Source of the DNA: Caldisericia bacterium
GTDB lineage: Bacteria; Caldisericota; Caldisericia; JAAYUI01
Direction: 5' to 3'
NCBI GenBank assembly: GCA_040768585.1
Contig: JAXGMQ010000001.1
Span: forward strand, 1,675,224 to 1,739,223
DNA length: 64,000 bases
Part shown: one piece after another, positions 16,082 to 25,018 of the stretch
How positions within the stretch are numbered: the first letter of the stretch is position 1
Layout: each line of letters starts with the position of its first letter
The notes under the pieces: generated by a model
Told to the model about the DNA's origin: nothing
What the model saw: only the letters and a program-made list of their open reading frames with translations
The model's database searches: none
Made by a program: the position numbers and the translations under genes

Positions 16082-18565
16082 ATGAAAAAAACATTAGTCC
16101 TAGCTCTTGTTGCGATGTTTGCTTTTCCGCTTGGAATAATTGGCACGAACCACACGAACGCTGCGAATGAACAGTGTGTTGTTCCTCAGTTTGAGAAATT
16201 CGAGGGCAATCCAGTACTACAGGCTCGCAAGCAGGGAGTTGATGGTAAGAAGTTTTTTGACAGCACTGCCGTAACAGATCCTTGTGTCATCTACGCCGAA
16301 GGCAAATACCATATGTTCTACACCGGCTGGCATACCTGGATTGGCGGAAAGGGCAGCCAAGGATACATCGGGTACGCCATCTCATCGGACGGCAAGAACT
16401 TTACCAGGGTGGATGGTTCTGCTGGTGGAACAGAAGCGCCAGGAGCTGTGTTGCAGCCCGGTGAGACCGATAAGTTTGACGGATTGTCGGTTTATGCTCC
16501 AGAGGTCATCTATGTCGATGGTGTCTACTATATGTTCTATGTAGGCGCAGATCAGCAGGGAAAAACCTCGATAGGACTTGCTCGTTCCAAAACCCCGATA
16601 TATTGGACAAAGATTGGTCAGGTGCTCTCGCCTTCAAAGCAGGAAAACTCCTTTGACAGCTTCAATGTGGGTGCTTGCACTGTTATAAAAGACGACAACT
16701 CCTGGAAGATGTGGTTTGAGGGTCAGTCCAAACAGGATTCTCGTTGGAGAATCGGATACGCCACCTCGTATGGAGCTGCCGGCAACCCAACCAGTTGGAC
16801 AAAGGTCAACGGTCAGGTTTCAGGTGGGGCGGTTTTGGACATCAGCGACAAGGTGACCCAGTTTGATCACCTCTGCGTCAGGAATCCCTCTGTTGTAAAA
16901 GAGGGAAACTGCTATCTCATGTGGTATGACACCTCGATGCGCGACCAAAAAGAGTCAAAGATTGGTGTAGCTGTTTCCACAAACGGCATCAGCTGGGAAA
17001 AGCGTGGAATCGCTCTTGACCTTGGAAAGATTGGTGATTTTGATTCACAGCGTGTTTGTGGTCCATCCGTTGCCAAGATTGGTCTTGTTTACAAACTCTA
17101 CTACAGCAACTACTCCGACCAGAACTCCGGAATTGGTTTGGCGACAACTGGCGATATGCCTCTTAACGTTGGCTCAGGCACATTCAAAGCCGATTGCAAA
17201 ATGGGTGATGGTTTTGATTTCTCGATGGGCAACAAGACCAATGATCCAACGCTTGCTGATCTGATGTTTGACTGTGGCTATGGCAACCCACGCATGTGTG
17301 GAAGATTCATCAAGATGGACACTGACTTCGAGAATGCTGAGTGTGTTCCAAGCGACGGATATCCCGCCATCACATCAATCCGAGAGAAGTGCCAGGAGAT
17401 AAAAGTTGGCGACACCTACGCCTTCAAGACAATCAATGAGCAAAACTACGCTAAGGCCAAGATAACCGCAATGTGGCAAGACCCACTCGATCCGACTCAC
17501 TGGGAGATAACAGTCAAGTGGATGTACCAGGCAAACGGTTCAAACTGCTTTATTGCTGGTTCTGGAGACCCACCAAGCAAACCATACAACCTCTCTTGTG
17601 TTGCGGGAGACATGACAATCAAACTCAGCTGGACATGCGCGTTTGCTCCTCCAGGCAAGGAGATTAGATACTACATCTACCGCGGTGAAGAACCCAACAA
17701 AGCTAAAGATAACATGATGCCAATCCACGACTTCCCCGTTGGCGAGTGTGAATTCACCGATACAGGTTTGGAGAATGGCAAAACCTACTACTATGTTGTG
17801 CGGTCGATTGATCAATTTGGAAATCTTTCCGAAGCATCAAATGAGTGCTTTTGCACTCCGCAGGCTGTCCACCCACCGCCATTCCCAATGCCACCTGCTC
17901 CCGGAATCAAGGGTGAAGGAACAGTAACAGACCCATTTGTGGTCGAGGAGAACCCATTCACATTTGACTGGTGCGGCTTTCCACCGCAATCAATGGTCAT
18001 CATCCAAGGTAAGCAGTACATAGCTGATGGCAACGGCTGCATTCATATCTCGCTTGATCTCAAGGATGGACTCAATGCAATCGAGTATACCGTCATCACC
18101 CCAACAGGTGAGGTCTTCAACGATACGGTATATTTTGAGATAAAAGACACGTGTATGTACATCCGTATGACTATTGGTGATAAGATTCTGCATGTTAATG
18201 ATGGGGAGATAATGTCTGATACGGCCCCCTTCATCAGAAACAGTAGAACCTATCTACCGATGAGAGTCATTTGTGAAGAAGGTCTCAAATCGGAGCCTGT
18301 CCAATGGGATGCTACACAGAGGAAAGTGACAATCATATGGAACTGTGGTAGTGAAGTTCTCAATAAGATTGAAATGTGGATAGGTAAAACCACATATATG
18401 GTTAATGGAACCATGTTGTCACTTGAAGTACCACCAATAATAGAAAACAGCAGAACTTGCTTGCCCATTAGGTTCGTAGCTGAGCCAATTGGGGCAACTG
18501 TTGGTTGGATAGACGCAACAAAAACAGCCACAATTGACTACTGCCCGCCTGCCAACTGCCCGTAA
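16082..18565 (+). CDS. Secreted glycoside hydrolase-like protein (five-bladed beta-propeller, GH43/GH130-like clan) with FN3-like and C-terminal copper-amine-oxidase-N-terminal-like (stalk) repeats.
   Basis: Signal peptide MKKTLVLALVAMFAFPLGIIG. Repeated blade motifs (DPCVIYAEGKYHMFYTGW, YAPEVIYVDGVYYMFYVG, LCVRNPSVVKEGNCYLMWYD). C-terminal IENSRTCLPIRFVAEPIGATVGWIDATKTATI. Confidence 0.65.
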   Translation: MKKTLVLALVAMFAFPLGIIGTNHTNAANEQCVVPQFEKFEGNPVLQARKQGVDGKKFFDSTAVTDPCVIYAEGKYHMFYTGWHTWIGGKGSQGYIGYAISSDGKNFTRVDGSAGGTEAPGAVLQPGETDKFDGLSVYAPEVIYVDGVYYMFYVGADQQGKTSIGLARSKTPIYWTKIGQVLSPSKQENSFDSFNVGACTVIKDDNSWKMWFEGQSKQDSRWRIGYATSYGAAGNPTSWTKVNGQVSGGAVLDISDKVTQFDHLCVRNPSVVKEGNCYLMWYDTSMRDQKESKIGVAVSTNGISWEKRGIALDLGKIGDFDSQRVCGPSVAKIGLVYKLYYSNYSDQNSGIGLATTGDMPLNVGSGTFKADCKMGDGFDFSMGNKTNDPTLADLMFDCGYGNPRMCGRFIKMDTDFENAECVPSDGYPAITSIREKCQEIKVGDTYAFKTINEQNYAKAKITAMWQDPLDPTHWEITVKWMYQANGSNCFIAGSGDPPSKPYNLSCVAGDMTIKLSWTCAFAPPGKEIRYYIYRGEEPNKAKDNMMPIHDFPVGECEFTDTGLENGKTYYYVVRSIDQFGNLSEASNECFCTPQAVHPPPFPMPPAPGIKGEGTVTDPFVVEENPFTFDWCGFPPQSMVIIQGKQYIADGNGCIHISLDLKDGLNAIEYTVITPTGEVFNDTVYFEIKDTCMYIRMTIGDKILHVNDGEIMSDTAPFIRNSRTYLPMRVICEEGLKSEPVQWDATQRKVTIIWNCGSEVLNKIEMWIGKTTYMVNGTMLSLEVPPIIENSRTCLPIRFVAEPIGATVGWIDATKTATIDYCPPANCP

Positions 18566-18591
18566 GAAAAAAGAACACTCTCCCCTATATG

Positions 18592-18626
18592 CCCCCGGAT
18601 TTTAGCTGGTCCGGGGGCTTTTTCAT
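18592..18626 (+). terminator. Rho-independent terminator.
   Basis: Hairpin CCCCCGGATTTTAGCTGGTCCGGGGG followed by CTTTTTC. Confidence 0.7.
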
Positions 18627-18736
18627 TTGTAAGGTTAAGTGATTCAAGGGAATCCCTATCAATCCACATGTAACGGGTTTAGGTAACCCGGTGTCATATG
18701 TGTTGCAGAACGGAGAATAGACTCGAGGAAGGAAAA

Positions 18737-18928
18737 ATGTCAGAAAGTTTGAAGACGATACTAAGAACACAGCAAACGCCGAAGCCATTGCACGACAAGG
18801 TTCTTGTGGCATGGCGAAAAGTATCCTTTGAGAGAAAGGTTGCCAAGTCTCTTGGTGGTGCTCTTGCCTGGCTACTTGTAGCCTCAGCTCTCGCTGTGGT
18901 TTTGATTCGGAGGCCAGATAGTGCTTGA
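18737..18928 (+). CDS. Small protein (63 aa) with a C-terminal TM helix. Overlaps the fabZ start by 8 nt.
   Basis: RBS AGGAAAAA-ATG. Hydrophobic LGGALAWLLVASALAVVLI. Translational-coupling geometry with fabZ. Confidence 0.35.
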   Translation: MSESLKTILRTQQTPKPLHDKVLVAWRKVSFERKVAKSLGGALAWLLVASALAVVLIRRPDSA

Positions 18929-19355
18929 TTCTGTTGAGATACAAAAAATATTACCCCATAGATTTCCATTTCTGATGATCGACAAGATTCTTGAGGTTGA
19001 GCCAGGTGTGAGGGCTGTTGGAGTAAAGAATGTCACCAATACAGAACCGCATTTCCAGGGACACTTTCCTGGACTTCCAACAATGCCAGGCGTTCTCATT
19101 GTCGAGGCGATGGCGCAAGTTGGAGCGGTTTGCGGGCTTCTACTGCCCGAGTATAAAGGCGCAATCACGTATTTCACCGGAATTGACAACCTTAGATTCA
19201 AGAAGCCAGTTGTTCCAGGTGATGTTATAAGGATTGAGGTTGTAGTCGAAAAGATACGTATGGGTGTTTTTAAGTGTAGAGCGACGGCAACGGTCGACGG
19301 TGAAGAGGTTGTCACAGGAACCCTTATGGCAGCCTTGAGAAAGGTCGAAAGATGA
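18921..19355 (+). CDS. fabZ: 3-hydroxyacyl-ACP dehydratase FabZ.
   Basis: IPHRFPFLMIDKILE..., HFPGLPTMPGVLIVEAMAQ hot-dog motifs. GTG start with GGAGG RBS. Confidence 0.9.
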   Translation: MLDSVEIQKILPHRFPFLMIDKILEVEPGVRAVGVKNVTNTEPHFQGHFPGLPTMPGVLIVEAMAQVGAVCGLLLPEYKGAITYFTGIDNLRFKKPVVPGDVIRIEVVVEKIRMGVFKCRATATVDGEEVVTGTLMAALRKVER

Positions 19356-20338
19356 AAAAAGCAGGAATCATCAGTCTAGCATCATATGCACCAGAGAAAG
19401 TAATGACCAACTTTGACCTTGAGAAAATGGTCGAAACCTCTGATGAATGGATAGTCACAAGGACTGGCATCAAACAGAGACATATCGTGGCCGAGGATCA
19501 GGCGACTTCCGACATCTCTACCATCGCCGCCAAGGAAGCCTTGAAGAAAGCTGGTCTGGAAGCATCTGATATCGATTGCTTTATTTTGGCGACAGCAACC
19601 CCGGACATGCTCTTTCCATCAACTGGCTGCCTTGTGACTGCAAAGCTTGGTTTTACAGGTGTTGATAGTCCACCAGCCTATGACATTGCAGCTGGCTGCA
19701 CGGGATTTGTTTATGGACTTGCGCAAGCCAAGGCATATGTTGAATCTGGTCTTTACAAGAGGGTCATGGTGATTGGCGCGGAATCGCTGTCCCGGATTCT
19801 TGACTGGACGGACAGGAATACTTGCGTCCTCTTTGGTGACGGTGCAGGGGCAGCAATCGTCTCTGAGGCGGAAGGTAGTGGGATACTGGGTTGTGAACTT
19901 GGCTCCTGGGGAGCGGGTGGGATGCACCTGACTCTTCCAGCCGGTGGTTCACTCAATCCGGCATCACAGGAAACCATAGACAAAAGGATGCACTATGTTC
20001 ACATGGATGGCAACGATGTCTTCAAGTTTGCTGTTCGCGCGATGGGTATAGGATGCAAGAAGATACTCGATAAAACAGGACTTACAGCTGATGATATCGA
20101 CTGGTTTGTGCCGCATCAGGCTAACATTCGCATCATTGATTCTGCAGCAAAGAGGCTTGGCATCGGGATGGAGCGAGTGCTTGTGAGTTTGGATGAGCTT
20201 GGCAATACCTCGGCAGCCTCAATCCCAATGACAATCGATAAGGCGCAGCAAAAAGGAAAAATCAAGAAGGGAGACAAGCTCTTGATGGTGGCATTTGGCG
20301 CTGGACTCACCTGGGGAGCTTCGATAATAGAATGGTAA
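19352..20338 (+). CDS. fabH: 3-oxoacyl-ACP synthase III (KAS III).
   Basis: Active-site region AAGCTGFVYGL. Typical ~328 aa. Overlaps its neighbours by 4 and 7 nt. Confidence 0.9.
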   Translation: MKKAGIISLASYAPEKVMTNFDLEKMVETSDEWIVTRTGIKQRHIVAEDQATSDISTIAAKEALKKAGLEASDIDCFILATATPDMLFPSTGCLVTAKLGFTGVDSPPAYDIAAGCTGFVYGLAQAKAYVESGLYKRVMVIGAESLSRILDWTDRNTCVLFGDGAGAAIVSEAEGSGILGCELGSWGAGGMHLTLPAGGSLNPASQETIDKRMHYVHMDGNDVFKFAVRAMGIGCKKILDKTGLTADDIDWFVPHQANIRIIDSAAKRLGIGMERVLVSLDELGNTSAASIPMTIDKAQQKGKIKKGDKLLMVAFGAGLTWGASIIEW

Positions 20339-21087
20339 AAGACAGGAATTTAGAGGGAAAGGTGGCTCTTGTAACTGGCGCGTCCAGGGGTATCGGTCGC
20401 TCGATCGCTTTGATCCTTGCGGAAAGGGGAGCGTCAATCGCTGTCAACTACCCATTTGAAGCTGAACTTGAGAATGCTCAGGAGACAGTCAGGTTGGTTA
20501 AAGAGCTTGGTGTCGATGCGATGGTGATTGAGGCTGATGTCTCAAACCTCACCTCATGCGATGCCATGATAAATGATGTTGTCGAGAAAATGGGCGCTTT
20601 GGATATCCTCGTGAACAATGCGGGTATTACAATTGATAAGCTCATGCTTCGAATGACAGGCGACGATTGGGACAAGGTTATAAACGTCAATCTCACAGGT
20701 TGCTTCAACTGCACGAAAGCTGCTCTCAGGACACTCATGAAGTCAAAAGGCAGAATCATCAATATCTCCTCCGTCATTGGCATCATGGGCAATCCAGGTC
20801 AGGCAAACTATGCAGCCTCAAAGGCTGGAATCATTGCGCTTACAAAATCGGTTGCCAAGGAGATGGGCTCAAGGGGTATAACCTGCAATGCGATAGCTCC
20901 TGGATTCATCCAGACACCGATGACTGATTCCTTGACAGAAGAGGTTAAATCTGATTATCTATCTCGGATACCACTTAGAAGATTTGGAACAGCTTCTGAT
21001 ATCGGTAACATAGTGGCTTTCCTGGCAGGCCCTGAGGGGAGCTATATCAATGGCGCCACCATCACCGTTGATGGCGGTTTGACCTAA
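20332..21087 (+). CDS. fabG: 3-oxoacyl-ACP reductase.
   Basis: SDR motifs VALVTGASRGIGRSIA, NNAGIT, YAASKAG. Confidence 0.9.
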   Translation: MVKDRNLEGKVALVTGASRGIGRSIALILAERGASIAVNYPFEAELENAQETVRLVKELGVDAMVIEADVSNLTSCDAMINDVVEKMGALDILVNNAGITIDKLMLRMTGDDWDKVINVNLTGCFNCTKAALRTLMKSKGRIINISSVIGIMGNPGQANYAASKAGIIALTKSVAKEMGSRGITCNAIAPGFIQTPMTDSLTEEVKSDYLSRIPLRRFGTASDIGNIVAFLAGPEGSYINGATITVDGGLT

Positions 21088-21108
21088 AAAGAAAAAGGAG
21101 TAAAGAAA

Positions 21109-21351
21109 ATGACAGACAATGAACTCTTCGAACAGATGAAAGAGATTATCGCAGACAAGCTCGGTGTTGACGCCACAAAGGTTGCCCCAGAATCGAAGTT
21201 TATGGAAGACCTCGGCGCTGATTCGCTCGGTCTTGTTGATGTTACCATGGAGCTGGAGGACAAGTTTGGTGTGGCAATTCCAGACGAGGATTTGCCGAAA
21301 ATCACGACCGTCCAGTCAGCAATGGACTATATCAAAGAGAAGACTGCTTAG
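21109..21351 (+). CDS. acpP: Acyl carrier protein.
   Basis: DLGADSLGLVDVTMELEDKFG phosphopantetheine-attachment motif (DSL). Confidence 0.9.
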   Translation: MTDNELFEQMKEIIADKLGVDATKVAPESKFMEDLGADSLGLVDVTMELEDKFGVAIPDEDLPKITTVQSAMDYIKEKTA

Positions 21352-21363
21352 AAAGAGATTATC

Positions 21364-22602
21364 ATGAAAAGAGTTGTCGTAACCGGTGTCGGTTTGCTGA
21401 CACCGATTGGCACTGGCAGAGAAGAATTCTGGAATTCCCTGATGGAGGGAAAGTCCGGGGTCTCCACGATAGAGGGCTACGATATATCTGGTCTCAAGGC
21501 AACAATTGGGGCTCAGATTAAGAACTTCGATCCCAACAAGTATGTCGACCCAAAAGAGGTATCTCGAACTGATCCCGTCACTCAATATGCTATTGCGGCT
21601 GCTGATCTTGCGGTTGAGGACTCTGGGATTGACTTTGCCTCAACCGATAGAGACAGGGTAGGTACTCTAATCTCGACCGGCATTGGCGGGTTACAGACAA
21701 TTGAGAAGAACATTTTGGTCATGGCTGACAAGGGTGCAAGACGCGTTTCACCTCTCTTCATCCCGATGATGATTGCCAACATGCCAAGCGCTCAGGTTTC
21801 CATAAAGTATGGTCTTCGAGGGCCGTCGTCCAATGTTGTCACGGCCTGTGCCACATCCAACTATGCCGTTGGTGAGGCCGCCGAGATGATTAAGCGTGGA
21901 GATGCTGACATTATGTTGGCAGGTGGCGCAGAAGCCTCCCTGATTCCGCTTGGAATCGCTGGATTTGCCAACATGAGAGCACTCTCGACCCGCAACGACG
22001 AACCAGAAAAAGCATCAAGACCATTTGATAAAGACCGTGATGGTTTTGTTATGGGTGAGGGTGGTGTTGTGCTTGTGCTTGAGGAGTTCGAGACGGCGAA
22101 GGCAAGAGGAGCGAATGTCTATTGCGAGGTGCTGTCAGTTGGTTACTCAACCGATGCCTACCACATCACAGCTCCAGACCCAGAGGGTTGGGGAGCCATC
22201 AAGTGCATGAGTGTCGCTATGGAAAAGGCTGGAATCACTCTTGACCAGATTGACTACATCAATGCGCATGGCACGTCGACACCGCTCAACGACAAAGGTG
22301 AGGCAATTGCCATCATGAAGTTCTTTGGTGATAAGGTTTCGAGAGTTTCGGTCAACTCAACAAAATCGATGGTTGGTCACCTCCTTGGCGCTGCTGGAGC
22401 CGTTGAAGCTGCGGCTGTTGCTCTTCAGATCAAAAATCAGACTGTACATCGTTCGCTCAACTTCAACGAACCAGACCCGGATATTGACTTCAAACTCAAC
22501 ATCCCAAAGAACACAGAGAAGAGAGAGATTAGATACGCGCTCTCGAACTCATTTGGTTTTGGAGGACACAACTGCACATTGGCATTTGGGAGAGTGGACT
22601 AA
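21364..22602 (+). CDS. fabF: 3-oxoacyl-ACP synthase II (KAS II).
   Basis: 412 aa. C-terminal NSFGFGGHN and other KAS I/II motifs. Confidence 0.9.
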   Translation: MKRVVVTGVGLLTPIGTGREEFWNSLMEGKSGVSTIEGYDISGLKATIGAQIKNFDPNKYVDPKEVSRTDPVTQYAIAAADLAVEDSGIDFASTDRDRVGTLISTGIGGLQTIEKNILVMADKGARRVSPLFIPMMIANMPSAQVSIKYGLRGPSSNVVTACATSNYAVGEAAEMIKRGDADIMLAGGAEASLIPLGIAGFANMRALSTRNDEPEKASRPFDKDRDGFVMGEGGVVLVLEEFETAKARGANVYCEVLSVGYSTDAYHITAPDPEGWGAIKCMSVAMEKAGITLDQIDYINAHGTSTPLNDKGEAIAIMKFFGDKVSRVSVNSTKSMVGHLLGAAGAVEAAAVALQIKNQTVHRSLNFNEPDPDIDFKLNIPKNTEKREIRYALSNSFGFGGHNCTLAFGRVD

Positions 22603-23423
22603 TGTCAGATAGCACAACTGAAACCCCAGAACTCTTTAAGTGCAAGAAGTGCGGCAAGAGTTCTGAGCTGCCAGCGTACATCGAAAATATGTACATCTGC
22701 CCAAGGTGTGGCCACCTAGGCAACATGCCAGTCAGGGACAGAATAGATAGCCTCACAGATGAAGGAAGCTTTTCTGAGCTTTGGGGCGATCTTGTCTCTA
22801 CTGATCTCATTGGGTTCGTCGATGATATGCCGTATTCTGAGCGAATCATTAAGTATCAGAAAAAGACTGGTGAGAACGACGCAATCGTCACTGGCAGCGC
22901 CAAAATCAACGGAATTGACGTCGCGCTTGGAGTCATGAACTTTGCTTTCATCGGTGGCTCGATGGGTGTTGTAGTTGGTGAGAAGGTAGTGAGATTGGCG
23001 GAGTTTGCAAAAGAGAACAAAATGCCATTGATTCTCCTTTCTCAGTCAGGTGGAGCCAGGATGCAAGAGTCGGTCTTTGCCCTGATGCAACTCGCCAGAC
23101 TTTCAGGCGCTATCAAGCGTTTCCAGGACGACGGTGGTCTCTTTATTTCTACAATCGTTCACCCTTGCACTGGTGGCGTTTCCGCTTCGTTTGCGTTCCA
23201 AGGCGACTTGATTGTGGCCGAAACAGGGGCTCTGATTGGTTTTGCTGGGCCTCGTGTCATTGAGCAGACAATCAGACAGAAACTTCCCAAAGGATTCCAG
23301 ACAGCTGAATTCCTCCTTGAGAAGGGTTTCCTCGATAAGGTGGTTGAACGAAAGAATCTCAAGTGGATGCTCGCAAAGATGATATCGCTCTACAAGGGTA
23401 TTCACATGCCGGAGGCTAACTGA
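22602..23423 (+). CDS. accD: Acetyl-CoA carboxylase carboxyltransferase beta subunit.
   Basis: N-terminal Zn-ribbon CKKCGK...CPRCGH. Overlapping start/stop TAATG. Confidence 0.88.
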   Translation: MSDSTTETPELFKCKKCGKSSELPAYIENMYICPRCGHLGNMPVRDRIDSLTDEGSFSELWGDLVSTDLIGFVDDMPYSERIIKYQKKTGENDAIVTGSAKINGIDVALGVMNFAFIGGSMGVVVGEKVVRLAEFAKENKMPLILLSQSGGARMQESVFALMQLARLSGAIKRFQDDGGLFISTIVHPCTGGVSASFAFQGDLIVAETGALIGFAGPRVIEQTIRQKLPKGFQTAEFLLEKGFLDKVVERKNLKWMLAKMISLYKGIHMPEAN

Positions 23424-24367
23424 TGGTATACCTAGACTTTGAGAGACCCATAGTTGAGCTTGAGGCAAAGCTTGAGGAATTCAGAAAACAGGCGATTTCT
23501 CGCTCGATGGACTTAAGCGGCTCAATTGCTGAAGTCAGAAAAGAAATTGAGAAGAAGCTTGATGAGATCTATGGCAATCTAACAACCTATCAAATCGTAC
23601 AGGTTGCCCGACACATTGGCAGACCGAAGATCGTTGACCATGTTCGCTATCTGACTCCTGATTACATCACTCTTCACGGTGACAGAAGGTTCTCTGATGA
23701 CAAGGCGATGTGGGCGTCCATGGGTTCTATGGACGGTCAAACTGTTTTCATCATCGGTCATGTCAAAGGCAGAAACGTCAAGGAAAACATAGACTCCAAT
23801 TTTGGTCAGGCGTCCCCAGAGGGCTACAGGAAGGCGATGCGTGTGATGGAGCTTGCCCAAAAATACAACGCTCCAATCATTACCATGCTTGATACGCAGG
23901 GCGCATATCCTGGAATCGGCGCTGAAGAGCGTGGTCAAGCCGAAGCGATAGCTGTAAATATTCGGGATATGTTCGGTATTACGGTTCCGATTGTTACGGT
24001 TGTCATCGGTGAAGGCGGCTCAGGCGGAGCGTTGGGTATTGGTGTTGGCGATAGGGTGCTCATGATGAAATATTCAATGTATTCTGTTATCTCACCCGAA
24101 GGTTGTGCATCAATCCTTTTCCGAGACGGCACAAGGTACAAAGAGACAGCAGAAATGCTGAAATTAACGGCAAAAGACCTCAAGGGATTTGGTCTCATCG
24201 ATGAGATTATTGATGAGCCTGTAGGTGGTGCCCACAGGTCACCAATTGCTGCCATGGAGTTCGTTAAGAAGTCTATCAAACGGAATCTTTCTGAATTGAT
24301 GGCGTTGGATGAACCAATCACAGACTACCGCTACAACAAATATAGGAGTTTGCCGCCCACACTGTAA
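23423..24367 (+). CDS. accA: Acetyl-CoA carboxylase carboxyltransferase alpha subunit.
   Basis: Typical AccA layout and size. ATGA overlap with accD. Confidence 0.88.
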   Translation: MVYLDFERPIVELEAKLEEFRKQAISRSMDLSGSIAEVRKEIEKKLDEIYGNLTTYQIVQVARHIGRPKIVDHVRYLTPDYITLHGDRRFSDDKAMWASMGSMDGQTVFIIGHVKGRNVKENIDSNFGQASPEGYRKAMRVMELAQKYNAPIITMLDTQGAYPGIGAEERGQAEAIAVNIRDMFGITVPIVTVVIGEGGSGGALGIGVGDRVLMMKYSMYSVISPEGCASILFRDGTRYKETAEMLKLTAKDLKGFGLIDEIIDEPVGGAHRSPIAAMEFVKKSIKRNLSELMALDEPITDYRYNKYRSLPPTL

Positions 24368-24401
24368 TTCTTCTGCTAGCCAATTTTAAAAGACATCGTA
24401 A

Positions 24402-24431
24402 CAGCCACGCTTTTGTGTGGCTGTTTTTTTA
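24402..24431 (+). terminator. Rho-independent terminator after accA.
   Basis: Hairpin CAGCCACGC-TTTTGT-GTGGCTG followed by TTTTTTTAT. Confidence 0.75.
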
Positions 24432-24941
24432 TATATTCACTTATAGATACAAGACTGTATATATATTTATATTAACTAATCTATAGCTTGTTATATCCTA
24501 GTCCTATAAAGCCTTTTGAATACGAGGATAATCTGATAATCGCTAGAAACAACTGATTTATTCGTGATTTGTAAGTGATATTTTATCTTGCATTCAGCTT
24601 AAAATGTGTTTTTTGATGTTGTCTGAAATCTATGATAAATAGATGAATTAGTATGTAATCAAATGATTTATAAAGATAACAACCTAAAATACTTGAATTG
24701 ATTTATAAATATTTTGAGACTATCTATTCCTAAATAATACATACTAAATAAACAGTGTAAGAAAACATCCCATTCAAAGAAATCTTGTGCGTGGCACTAT
24801 CTATTTGCAATGTGAAGAAATGAATATTGATGACACTGTTCTCGTACTTGCACACAAGGCAAAAATACAAATAAAGCTAGATACCATGTGGATTATCACG
24901 ATATATTCCTCAAATTTCACGAGAATAATTTTCACAAAACC

Positions 24942-24970
24942 TTGACATAGAGGGTTGACAAGAGTTGACA
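24942..24970 (+). promoter_or_regulatory. Three direct TTGACA repeats (spacings 13 and 10 bp) about 50-80 bp upstream of the sigma-54 activator gene. Candidate promoter -35 or regulator-binding iterons.
   Basis: cTTGACAtagagggTTGACAagagTTGACAttg read directly. Confidence 0.35.
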
Positions 24971-25018
24971 TTGTTGTTAGACTGCACACGATATGGGTAA
25001 AATCTGCACGAATGGGAT

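Noticed and set aside
24792-24809. TGGCAC...TTGCA resembling a sigma-54 -24/-12 promoter
   Set aside because: The GG-to-GC offset is 14 instead of the strict 12. The spacing is essentially invariant in real sigma-54 promoters. Kept only as a note inside a finding.
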